The position numbers and the translations under genes were made by a program. DNA of 64,000 nt from Calditrichia bacterium. Its GTDB lineage: Bacteria > Calditrichota > Calditrichia > JAJRVZ01. Position 1 is the stretch's first letter. Every line of letters starts with the position of its first letter. Positions 13,274 to 22,742 of the stretch are shown here, in pieces. The notes beneath the pieces are model-generated. The model did no database searches and was not told where the DNA came from. It saw only the letters and a list, made by a program, of their open reading frames with translations. The DNA is taken from NCBI GenBank assembly GCA_963796965.1, contig CAWCNS010000011.1, forward strand, positions 128,001-192,000, in the 5' to 3' direction.

Positions 13274-13753
13274 CTAATTTTTGGGTCTGGGATCTGACGG
13301 CCCAACAACCAGGGGAATACTGGCAGATTCAAAATCCTTATGATCATTGTGAAAAATTTGAATTTTGATTGTTGTTTCTCCTTCTTTCAGACCAGAGTAC
13401 TGGATCTCATATCGGCTATGATCTTCCTGTGTTGATACAACATCAGCAATCATCGTATCTTCAATTTCCCATCCAAGGGACCAGACATCCGTAGGAGGAA
13501 TACCGACATCACCCTCTTCGTCCAAAAATAGCAGTTGATATTTGGGTGAATCAACACCTGTGTCAATACTAAATTTTCCTGTTATGACACCATCTATATA
13601 TTTGATTACTGTATCTTCCTCGACCAGCGCAAATAATCCGATGGCCTCAAAATGGATTACTTCCGAATCGACAGGATTAGTATCCCCACAACCAAATATG
13701 AGCGTAGCGACAAGAAAAACTTGTACAATGATTCTTAAATGCTTTATATACAT
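13274..13753 (-). CDS. Lipoprotein partner of the TonB receptor
   Basis: GGAGGT RBS at 13763-13758 before ATG 13753; lipobox LIFG-C; C-terminal FHNDHKDF His motif. Confidence 0.7.
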   Translation of the reverse strand: MYIKHLRIIVQVFLVATLIFGCGDTNPVDSEVIHFEAIGLFALVEEDTVIKYIDGVITGKFSIDTGVDSPKYQLLFLDEEGDVGIPPTDVWSLGWEIEDTMIADVVSTQEDHSRYEIQYSGLKEGETTIKIQIFHNDHKDFESASIPLVVGPSDPRPKN

Positions 13754-13900
13754 TCGTACCTCCGATTTTACTATATTCTGGAAATCATATCCGGGTAATT
13801 CTACTACACAGCAGATCCCCCCGGGAGAAAAAAGATTTATAATAATCTGAATTAACAAGATGATACCGGGCATCTTAACACCCGGATATTACTCAGGATA

Positions 13901-14197
13901 TCATGCGATTGGTGGTGCACGACCAACGGTTATTGCAGGGATGGATGAAGTGGGAAGATAATTAATGTCAAAAAATGCTAATATTTCTGCTTTTTCAAAA
14001 AAGAATCCCATCAATATCCAGAAAAAAATTAGAACGGATATGATCGAAATCTGAAAGACATGTACCGGGCAGGTTGCAGGTTCTTCTAGCGAAACGGCAT
14101 GATTATGAAAAAAGGGTGCCGTGATAAGGAGCACGAGGAATAATCCCGCAAAGATTGCCACATAATATTTAAATTTTGATTCTTTCATAATGTACAT
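13901..14197 (-). CDS. Small membrane uORF with HxH..CxxH and C-terminal RAPP (DUF2946/CruR/CutF-like leader peptide)
   Basis: Hydrophobic segment, FHNH..TCPVH, second hydrophobic segment, ends GRAPPIA-stop; first gene of the TBDR operon. Confidence 0.75.
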   Translation of the reverse strand: MYIMKESKFKYYVAIFAGLFLVLLITAPFFHNHAVSLEEPATCPVHVFQISIISVLIFFWILMGFFFEKAEILAFFDINYLPTSSIPAITVGRAPPIA

Positions 14198-14309
14198 TCA
14201 ATATATACATCTTCATACTTGATAACAAATAGAAATGTTCCCCAGGAATATAATTTCCATACCGTCCACTAAATAGCAATTCCGTAGATGTAACGAATAC
14301 GTGATTCCC

Positions 14310-14546
14310 CTATTTGAAATCCGGGCTGCTTTCATTTTTTTTTGTTTTTTTTAGTTCAAATGGCATAAAAATCCCAATTAACAATCCGATCGCCAGCGTA
14401 ATGATCAATAGCAAAGATCGTGGCATACTCACTTCAAAGACAAGAAAATTGACCGTAACAGTTGTGAGATTCTGAAAAAGAAATACAAAAAACAGAATAG
14501 CTATGATTATCATCAAAACCATTTTAAAAGACATATTGCCTCCCAA
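14310..14546 (-). CDS. LapA/DUF1049-family small membrane protein
   Basis: Two TM segments flanking FQNLTTVTVNFL..SMP. Confidence 0.75.
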   Translation of the reverse strand: MGGNMSFKMVLMIIIAILFFVFLFQNLTTVTVNFLVFEVSMPRSLLLIITLAIGLLIGIFMPFELKKTKKNESSPDFK

Positions 14547-14734
14547 CTAATATAGTCCCTTATCCCCTCGAATAGTGCCACTTCAGGGACATCTTGAATT
14601 TTACCGCCAGGATTTTCCGGGGTTTTATAATTTTGTAACCAAATCAGACAGGATATCCTCTACGTATATAATTCCGATTTGTAAATTCAAACATTTACAT
14701 ATATTTGGAAATCCATCAGCGACACAATTATTTA

Positions 14735-15412
14735 TTATTTATTCTCCAGATTTTTCCCCAATTCAACTATTTTCTTATCCAATGTATGAATCTCTTTTAT
14801 CAGGTTGACGAATTGTTCTTCCTCAAACAGATTTTCATTCTTAATTTTTTTATGCTGATATTTTGTAAAAACAAGATTCCCCAGGTTTGTCACCAATTTT
14901 TGCCGTTCTGCGCTGGCTTTTTTTATTTCAACGGAGTTGTTAAAACGGTCAATATATTCCTGCGCGGTATGTTGTAGATCATCAACCGCTTTACCACCTA
15001 TTTCATAGACATCTCTGATTCCTTTTTTTGTCCTTTTGATCACTTCCTCTGCTACATGTGAGGTGCGATCTGCAACATCTTTGGCTACATCCGAGGCATA
15101 TTTGGAGACGGTTTTTGCTCCTGCCTCAATATTCAGAGCTGCTTCTACCAAGATACCCGTGTCGTCAAGATTTTTCTCTTTCGTCTGGACTTTTTTTACG
15201 GCACTTTTTGGGGGAGTCGTTGTCGCTTTTTTCGCTATTGTTTTTTTTGCAGCTGGTATGGCCTTTTTTGACACAGGCTTTTTTGAAGCTGTTACAGATT
15301 TTTTATCAGCCACGGTTGTAGTTTTTTTTGCAACAGTTATTTTCGGCTTTGGTACAGACTTTTTAGTCGGCGCCGCTGCACTTTTTTTTGCAGATTGTTT
15401 TTTTTCAACCAT
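14735..15412 (-). CDS. Hypothetical protein with Lys/Ala-rich histone-H1-like N-terminus and helical C-terminus
   Basis: About 80 aa of AKK/SKK/TKK repeats followed by an amphipathic/coiled-coil region. Confidence 0.7.
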   Translation of the reverse strand: MVEKKQSAKKSAAAPTKKSVPKPKITVAKKTTTVADKKSVTASKKPVSKKAIPAAKKTIAKKATTTPPKSAVKKVQTKEKNLDDTGILVEAALNIEAGAKTVSKYASDVAKDVADRTSHVAEEVIKRTKKGIRDVYEIGGKAVDDLQHTAQEYIDRFNNSVEIKKASAERQKLVTNLGNLVFTKYQHKKIKNENLFEEEQFVNLIKEIHTLDKKIVELGKNLENK

Positions 15413-15898
15413 CTTTGCCTCCTTTTTAGTAATTGTCAGGCACGTAATCTTCGTAATATTTATATTTATTACTTGCCATTACAATTTTTTATGTATATCG
15501 GATCATTATTAAGACAACAGATTAACATATAACTTTTATGACCATGCACATTCACAAATTACATTTTATTGAAGAGAATTCCCACGTTCGGCTGCATTAT
15601 ATTGTCCATTAGATGTTGACAATTATTACCCTGGCAAGATACAATCCTTTATCTTTCTGATGAAATTACAAAGATTTCAATTAAAAGCATATATAAAAGT
15701 AATATTAAGCAAAGAAATATAGAACAAAATGTTCAGGGTGACCAGTTACAGATTAATTTTTCTACAGAATCTGGATACCCTTAGCCATCGATGATTATTT
15801 AGGTTATGAAGAAAAATCAATAAAGATCGATATTTTTCTTGATGCATTCCCTCTGTTTCCTTTAATTATGCTCACATCCAACCAGAAGTGAGGTAAAT

Positions 15899-18085
15899 TT
15901 GTTATCCTTAAAGAATACGATATCCGGTTTTATTGAAGAAAGGTTGCAAAAACCACCGTTTAAGAATCCTGGCGAAGCAAACAAATCAAAACTCGGAACC
16001 TTTGGCGGTGTGTTCACCCCGGATGTTTTGACCATTCTGGGCGTTATCATGTATCTTCGGCTTGGATGGGTAGTTGGAAATGCCGGATTTCTCGGAGCTG
16101 TTCTCATCATCCTATTAGCAAAATCTATCACCATCTGTACGGCCCTCTCCATGTCCTCCATCACAACGAACATCAAAATCGGAGCAGGTGGGGCCTATTC
16201 TATCATATCAAAATCTCTGGGTCTTGAAGCCGGGGGCAGTATTGGTATACCCTTTTATATATCGCAGACTTTATCTGCTGCTTTATATATTGTTGGATTT
16301 ACTGAAGGCTGGCTGTTAATATTTCCAGATCATACCCCCGCCCTGGTTTCGGGGTTAGTTTGGATCGTGCTTTTAATCATTTCCTATACGAGTGCTCATT
16401 TTGCAATTAAGATTCAATATGTAATCATTGTAATTATCGCTCTTTCCATAATTTTCTTCTTCTTGTCTCCAGCTCAAATATCAGAGAACTTAACATTGGT
16501 GGGTAATTTTGAAGATGCCGGTTTCTGGGTCGTATTCGCCATATTTTTTCCTGCGGTTACCGGGATCATGGCCGGGGCTAATTTATCCGGTGATCTTAAA
16601 GATCCCAGAAAATCCATTCCCCTGGGCACACTTATGGCAATCGGCGTCACCCTGGTAATTTATATAGGTTTAGCCTTTATAGCATCCAAAATCATCCCCG
16701 CATCAGAACTACGCACAAATCAGATGGTGATGGTTGATTACGCCCTTTGGGGTCCAATGGTTATCATGGGAATATTAGCTGCTACATTTTCTTCTGCATT
16801 AACAACAATGATTGGAGCGCCAAGGATCTTACAGGCCCTGGCTGAACAAAAAACCATTCCTTCTCACAAATTTTTTGCACTCAAGACAGAAGCCAATGAG
16901 CCCCGAAATGCCATTGTGTTCACTGGTTCCATTGTTGCTGTAGCATTAGTATTTGGAAATCTGAATGCGTTAGCATCATTAATCACCATGTTTTTTCTGA
17001 TCACCTATGGGATGCTCAATCTGGTCGTTTTTGTTCAACAGAGTATGCGGATTATCAGTTTTCGACCTTCTTTTAAAATCCCACGATTTGTTTCTTTTGC
17101 CGGCGCCATAGGATGTGCATTAATCATGATCCTGATAAATCCCGTATTCAGCCTGGTTGCCATTATAACGATAATTGTTATCTATATTTGGCTTGGCCGT
17201 CGTGGGTTGAGGACTCAAACAGGCGATATTCGTGGTGGTATGTTTCTTGTTCTTGCAGAACGTGCCTCGCGTCTTGCAGCACGGTTTCCACGGCATCAGG
17301 TAACCTGGAAACCAGATCTCCTGATTCCTGTTGACAATCCAGATTTATGGGCAGGATCTCTTCACTTTATCAGCAATATAACCTTTCCTCTGGGCAGCAT
17401 TTTTGCCTTTACCGTCAAGGATAAAGATACTGAGGAACTTGAAAAGAGTCTTGTCGATCTGCTTGCTCCTTTGGACAAACAGGGCATTCTCGTAAATTCG
17501 ACGGTCATCGAAGATGAAAATTTCTTACATGGGGCAAAATTAGTCATCCAGACACTTAAAGGCGGTGCATTAAGACCAAATACACTCTTTCTTACCTTAG
17601 GTTCGGACAAACGTAAAGATCCGACAATCAAAGATCTTATCATGCAGGCTACCCGCCATAATCTTGGTTCGATTTTATTGCGTCAACATCCGCGTATTGC
17701 GTTTGGGATGCAAAAAGAGGTTAACTTCTGGTTAAGAGATAAGAGCCCGAACTGGCATTTGGGAATGTTGGTGGCCCTGCAGTTGCAATCAAACTGGGGT
17801 GGCCAGTTAAATTTAATTACATCAACGTCAAACAAAGAAGATAAACGAAGGCTTTATGGTTTTCTGGAGCGACTAAGTGACCGGGCCAGATTACCTTCAC
17901 AAGCGGAATTCCATGTGCTGGTAGGGTCATTTAAGGAATGTTTAAAATCTGCCCCAGCCGCTGATATTAATATTTTTGGCTTAGCGGATAAAATTGACCT
18001 TAACTTTGCGCGTGAAGCACCTGAATTGACCAAATCATCCTGCATGTTTATTCGTGATTCAGGGGAAGAAAGTGCTCTGGCATGA
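15899..18085 (+). CDS. Cation-chloride cotransporter-like (SLC12/CCC) APC permease
   Basis: LGTFGGVFTPDVLTILGVIMYLRLGWVVG, FAIFFPAVTGIMAGANLSGDLKDP, and a soluble C-terminal domain with RPNT. Confidence 0.85.
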   Translation: MLSLKNTISGFIEERLQKPPFKNPGEANKSKLGTFGGVFTPDVLTILGVIMYLRLGWVVGNAGFLGAVLIILLAKSITICTALSMSSITTNIKIGAGGAYSIISKSLGLEAGGSIGIPFYISQTLSAALYIVGFTEGWLLIFPDHTPALVSGLVWIVLLIISYTSAHFAIKIQYVIIVIIALSIIFFFLSPAQISENLTLVGNFEDAGFWVVFAIFFPAVTGIMAGANLSGDLKDPRKSIPLGTLMAIGVTLVIYIGLAFIASKIIPASELRTNQMVMVDYALWGPMVIMGILAATFSSALTTMIGAPRILQALAEQKTIPSHKFFALKTEANEPRNAIVFTGSIVAVALVFGNLNALASLITMFFLITYGMLNLVVFVQQSMRIISFRPSFKIPRFVSFAGAIGCALIMILINPVFSLVAIITIIVIYIWLGRRGLRTQTGDIRGGMFLVLAERASRLAARFPRHQVTWKPDLLIPVDNPDLWAGSLHFISNITFPLGSIFAFTVKDKDTEELEKSLVDLLAPLDKQGILVNSTVIEDENFLHGAKLVIQTLKGGALRPNTLFLTLGSDKRKDPTIKDLIMQATRHNLGSILLRQHPRIAFGMQKEVNFWLRDKSPNWHLGMLVALQLQSNWGGQLNLITSTSNKEDKRRLYGFLERLSDRARLPSQAEFHVLVGSFKECLKSAPAADINIFGLADKIDLNFAREAPELTKSSCMFIRDSGEESALA

Positions 18086-18096
18086 GAATTTTTGAT

Positions 18097-19458
18097 TTAT
18101 TTTAATTCCCATCCTTCACGATAGGGTCTTTTTACCCAATCATTTGCCTCGGGCAGGTTTTTTACCTTCATATTTGGTCCGTCCCAATCAAGCAAATTGC
18201 CCGGGAAGCGTTTAGCTATATTTCCGAGCAATGTCATCTCCGTAAGAGGTCCGGAATATTCAAATTTTGCTTCGGGCTTTGTGCCTGATTTACAATGCCG
18301 TGCCCAATCCGCTTCATGCGTACCCTCCACACGGGGTAGAACTTTTTCAGTTCCCCCATATGCCTTCATCGCCGATTCCGGAAATATTCTGGGACTTTCG
18401 CCATATACCCCAGCCATGATAAAACCCTTATCTCCCTTAAAGATAATCCCACCTTCCTCAGGGAGCCTTCTTCCTGCTTCTAAACCATTTGGCCACGGTG
18501 GCTCCAAACCTTCATACCAATTTAATTTCACCGGTGGCAAAGATCCCCGCTCTGGAAATGTATAGGTTACCGATGCAGCAAGGGGATGGGTTTGAGCATT
18601 CCCACCTAATACAGAGGCATAAACCGTTGAAGCATAGTCAAATTTCAGTGATTTAAAAACCGAGTCCAGTGTATGTGCGCCACGATCTCCCATCATACCA
18701 CAGCCAAAATCCCACCAGCACCGCCAGGTCCGTTGATGGTAAGCACGGTGATAAGGCCGAAATGGAGCTGGCCCAATCCACAGATCCCAATTTAGTTGCT
18801 CGGGTTTTTCCATTCTATCTTTTGGTAAATCGTCCCATTGTGAACTCCAGGAAGCATGTCCCCAGGGATAATAAGAGAGGCTACACCAGGCATCCACTTC
18901 CCGGATCTCACCAATAGCACCATCCCAGATCCATTCACAAATTATACGAATCCCTTCCCCTGAATGGCCTTGTATACCCATTACAGTTGTAACATCTGAT
19001 TTACTGGCTGCCTCTGCCAAAACACGGGATTCATAAATATCATGTGTAAGCGGTTTTTGACAATAAACATGCTTACCTGCCTTTATCGCAGCCAGGGCAA
19101 TGACGGCATGGGTGTGATCCGGAGTGGCAATAATCACAGCATCAATGTCTTTTTGCTTCTCAAGCATTTCCCGGTAATCTGCATATAGTTTTGCTTTTGG
19201 ATAGCGTTGAACTGTTTTTGCGGCATAGGAAAAATCCACATCACATAAAGCGACAACATTCTCATCGCCAACATTTTTCAGGTTACCTCCGCCCTGCCCC
19301 CCCACACCGATTCCGGCAATATTAAGTTTATCACTTGGCGCAGGACCCTTTGATCTTCCTAACACATGTGCCGGTATGATGCTGAAAACAGCTGCCGTAC
19401 CGGTAGTTAGCATAAAATCACGTCTGCTTATCTCATTCTTTTTTTTCTGATTTTTCAT
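18097..19458 (-). CDS. Tat-exported Gfo/Idh/MocA oxidoreductase
   Basis: SRRDFM Tat motif; GIGVGGQG; ATPDHTH; YCQKPL. Confidence 0.9.
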   Translation of the reverse strand: MKNQKKKNEISRRDFMLTTGTAAVFSIIPAHVLGRSKGPAPSDKLNIAGIGVGGQGGGNLKNVGDENVVALCDVDFSYAAKTVQRYPKAKLYADYREMLEKQKDIDAVIIATPDHTHAVIALAAIKAGKHVYCQKPLTHDIYESRVLAEAASKSDVTTVMGIQGHSGEGIRIICEWIWDGAIGEIREVDAWCSLSYYPWGHASWSSQWDDLPKDRMEKPEQLNWDLWIGPAPFRPYHRAYHQRTWRCWWDFGCGMMGDRGAHTLDSVFKSLKFDYASTVYASVLGGNAQTHPLAASVTYTFPERGSLPPVKLNWYEGLEPPWPNGLEAGRRLPEEGGIIFKGDKGFIMAGVYGESPRIFPESAMKAYGGTEKVLPRVEGTHEADWARHCKSGTKPEAKFEYSGPLTEMTLLGNIAKRFPGNLLDWDGPNMKVKNLPEANDWVKRPYREGWELK

Positions 19459-19612
19459 CCGGATCTCCTGACAATAGAAATAGGTAAATTTATTTTTAAA
19501 ATTTAAATGTACTTTTTTTCTGTCTTATCATGCATAGTGCATGGAGCAGAGCGTATAGCGCTTGAGTTATATTTGCTATGCTCTATGCGTCTCGCGCATT
19601 GCTTAGACAGTG

Positions 19613-20614
19613 TTATATTTTAAAAGGCACCTCTTTACACAATGCCTTAAGATTCTCCACCGGTGTTCCCGATGGAATCTCGCATCCCGCATTTACCATA
19701 TATGGGTTTCCCACCTTTTTATATATAGTATCAATGGATAATCTGATTGATTCCGGATTACCATTTTTTATCTCCGAAACTGGATCCAGATTTCCCGCTA
19801 TCACGACGTTATTTCCGACACTCTCGCGTACTTTGTAAATATCAACCATATGATCCACATCCAAAACATCTACACCCAAGTCTGAAATACCGGGTAACAG
19901 ATGTGTCGTATCTCCACAAATATGTAATTTTGCCCAGGCGCCTTCCTTTTTAATTGCCTCCACCAGACGCTTTTCCCGTGGCTGGATTAACGATTCGTAT
20001 ATATCAGGAGAGACCTGACTGGCAATAGCATCACCAATACCGATGGTATCTGCTCCAGCCTTTATTTGTGTGATGGCAAAATCGATGGCGACTTCCAGGC
20101 ATCGATCCATCAATTCATTGGCGAATACCTGATCTTCAATCAAATCCATCAAAAATGTTATCACACCACGTAAATCTGCTGCTTCCGCTGCCGGCCCTTC
20201 AACCCATCCTAGAATTGAATAATGTTTCCTAAAATCTTTATCATATGTCTGCACCGCTTTAATTCTATCAAACATTCGATCAGCGTTATAGGGATCTGGA
20301 TTCTCCAATATTGACAATTCTTTGGACTTTTCCAAAGGATGGGTGCTTCGTGGCGGACCATCTTTTATATAGGTAATCTCTGATCCAAATCCCTGTGTCT
20401 CACGATAGGGATCCGAGATACAACTGAGTTGATCAATTCCAAAATCAACCGCACATTTACGGTTTGCCTCAACCAGAACCCGGTAATCGGAGGCAAAGGC
20501 GGCATAGTCAGAACCAATGTATTCTGCGGCATATTGCATTAGAATAGGTGTTCTGGGGAGAAAATCTACCGGTTGCCCTTCTAATGTGGCTTTGTATCGC
20601 TCAAAACTATTCAT
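19613..20614 (-). CDS. Uroporphyrinogen decarboxylase / MtaA-CmuA methyltransferase family protein
   Basis: LHICG and AGCEIP zinc-ligand motifs, GNLDP. Confidence 0.85.
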   Translation of the reverse strand: MNSFERYKATLEGQPVDFLPRTPILMQYAAEYIGSDYAAFASDYRVLVEANRKCAVDFGIDQLSCISDPYRETQGFGSEITYIKDGPPRSTHPLEKSKELSILENPDPYNADRMFDRIKAVQTYDKDFRKHYSILGWVEGPAAEAADLRGVITFLMDLIEDQVFANELMDRCLEVAIDFAITQIKAGADTIGIGDAIASQVSPDIYESLIQPREKRLVEAIKKEGAWAKLHICGDTTHLLPGISDLGVDVLDVDHMVDIYKVRESVGNNVVIAGNLDPVSEIKNGNPESIRLSIDTIYKKVGNPYMVNAGCEIPSGTPVENLKALCKEVPFKI

Positions 20615-20638
20615 AATATTAAGATTTTAATGTTTGAG

Positions 20639-21223
20639 TTATCCTGAATCCTGACCAGTAACTTTTATAGGCCATAATCCTTGCTGACGACAATAGATAT
20701 AAAATAAATTAAAGCGGTTTTTCCAGGTCGCTTCATCAGGTGTTGCGGAGATAACCGAATCTCCTACAGCGGACAAGACCTGACCTTCTTTTCTTACCCA
20801 GGAATAGGCGTCCTGAAGATCCTCAATTATCTGCGGCAATTTAGTCTCTGGGGCCAGACGGTAATCAATAGAGATGACAGTATATCCTGCCTGCAGGTAA
20901 AAAACAACCTGTTCTTCTTTCATCCACATCCGGCTGCCAAAAATCAAGGCCCCACCATGAATCCAGATGATTGCCGGTCGAATAGTATCATCTGGAAACC
21001 GGTAAACATCCGCTTTCATCTGGCATTGACCATTGGTTTTGTACGTGTATGTGTTTTTGAGAAAATTCTGTTTATTATCCGTAGGAATATATCCCCGGGC
21101 ACTAGCAGATACAGGTACAGTATAAATGCTTGCAACGGTAAATAAAATAAGTGGTAAGATATGTTGAAGACTTGATCTCATCTGATGATTATTTCTTTTT
21201 TCTAATATAAAAAATATAATCAT
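20639..21223 (-). pseudogene. Alpha/beta hydrolase (HSL-type) remnant with internal deletion and truncation
   Basis: IHGGALIFG and DYRLAPE are present, but the GxSAGG nucleophile elbow is missing after WVRKEG and the ORF ends early. Confidence 0.65.
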
Positions 21224-21246
21224 CTATTCAAATAAGGAAAACATGC

Positions 21247-21306
21247 ATGTAAAGTATGCATATAATTTTGCAAATTATACTTTACATTATGTAATCCATA
21301 CTGTAT
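21247..21306. promoter_or_regulatory. Candidate XRE operator array
   Basis: Inverted repeat atgtaaagtat/atactttacat; three degenerate GTAAA-N6-TTTAC-like sites spaced 21 bp (21249, 21270, 21291). Confidence 0.4.
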
Positions 21307-21554
21307 ATTATAAATACATTTATAGGCTTTTAAACTCAGTACAAACCTAGGCTTGGATTTAATAGTATAGAAGAATGCGATAGGTGAAAGGAATCCGGGT
21401 TCTTAAGACTCTAAAAGAATTAATAAGAAACTCGGCGCGCTCTGCGTTTCTCTGCATTAAAAAAAAACTTGTATTCTTGAAGAACCATGTTGTATTTAAT
21501 TATATTCTAACTGAATATATATAACAGTACCCTTCTTTCTAAAAAGGTAAATCA

Positions 21555-21776
21555 ATGAAACTGGGAAATAATTTAAAGCGATGTCGTTTTGACAAGGATA
21601 GTATGTCACAGGAACGTCTCGCCATGGCCTCAGGAGTTACACGGCAAACAATTTATTCCATTGAAAAGGGGAAGTTTATCCCATCGACTTATCTTGCTTT
21701 AAGATTAGCAAAAGTCTTTGATAAATCCGTTGAAGAACTATTCTACCTCATTGAGGAAGAGGAAGAGTGGCGTTAA
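21555..21776 (+). CDS. XRE-family helix-turn-helix regulator
   Basis: MSQERLAMASGVTRQTIYSIEKGKFIPS..LALRLAKVF..VEELF. Confidence 0.92.
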   Translation: MKLGNNLKRCRFDKDSMSQERLAMASGVTRQTIYSIEKGKFIPSTYLALRLAKVFDKSVEELFYLIEEEEEWR

Positions 21777-21779
21777 TAT

Positions 21780-22646
21780 TTGGAGAAAAATATGAAAAAT
21801 TTAAAATCAAAAAACATGATTTTATTACTCTTAGGTTTTATCGCTTTTAATTCATCCATATACATTATATTTAAATTGAATTTTGATTTCATGGATATTA
21901 CAGATAAATCAAACCCCGATTTTTTAGCTTGGGCTGGTTATCTGTTTATTTTACTATTTCATATTCTAGCCATTTTTTATATCATTGATCATTTTCGTAG
22001 GGAGAAGAAATTTCATCTACTCAGAAATTTAACGCTTATTATTGGAATCATATCATTATTTGCCACTGGTGGTGAAAAGGTTCTTTTTGATGAAGTTGCG
22101 CGCGAATATGCTCTTGGATGGGAAATCAGAGGCGAAATAATCATACTCCACGTTTTGCTGATTACCAATATCCTCTTCTATATAATGATGTTCGTTCTCA
22201 TATTAAAGACAATAATCAGTCCTCAGGAGACTAATACAAAACTACGAATTAAAGACCAGACAATATTTACTTTAGCTCAGTACATGGGAATTATATCAGG
22301 AATCATGGGTTTGCTTCATACTTTCAGTTTAATATTAAGGCATGTTAGTCTGGATCGACTCTGGATCTACCTCCCTTTTTATTTTCTCTACCTGTTACCC
22401 TATCTCATCATCATATCCTATTGGTTAGCAATGAAGTCGAGAGAAAAGTTTGAAGATTGGTACGATGAGAAACAGCTAAAGGATCTATTAAAATCTGCCC
22501 TGACAACCCTCATTTTATCAGTTCCGGTTACAATATTATTTTTATTCTTTGGACAATTCGCCCAATTATATTGGTTTCCCTATTATCTTTTCAGCATGCT
22601 AACCTTATTTTCAGCCAGCACACTTTATTATTATAAATGGGAGTAA
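21780..22646 (+). CDS. Polytopic membrane protein co-transcribed with the XRE regulator
   Basis: About 8 hydrophobic segments, DEKQ motif, 3 bp after the XRE stop. Confidence 0.7.
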   Translation: MEKNMKNLKSKNMILLLLGFIAFNSSIYIIFKLNFDFMDITDKSNPDFLAWAGYLFILLFHILAIFYIIDHFRREKKFHLLRNLTLIIGIISLFATGGEKVLFDEVAREYALGWEIRGEIIILHVLLITNILFYIMMFVLILKTIISPQETNTKLRIKDQTIFTLAQYMGIISGIMGLLHTFSLILRHVSLDRLWIYLPFYFLYLLPYLIIISYWLAMKSREKFEDWYDEKQLKDLLKSALTTLILSVPVTILFLFFGQFAQLYWFPYYLFSMLTLFSASTLYYYKWE

Positions 22647-22742
22647 AAGACCAATTCCCAATGTCAATTAATGTCCAAATTCCTAATTCCCAATCCCAAA
22701 TCTGGTATCTTATATCTCATATCCCACATCCGGTATCTCCCA

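Noticed and set aside
15036..15512. Antisense and shadow ORFs (e.g. 15036..15512, 34753..35250, 35037..35276, 28270..28467, 10787..10996)
   Set aside because: They are mirror frames of low-complexity genes or translations of repeat tracts, with no independent coding signal.
19613..20614. Methylotrophy or hemE assignment
   Set aside because: No corrinoid protein or partner methyltransferase is adjacent; only the family-level call is supported.
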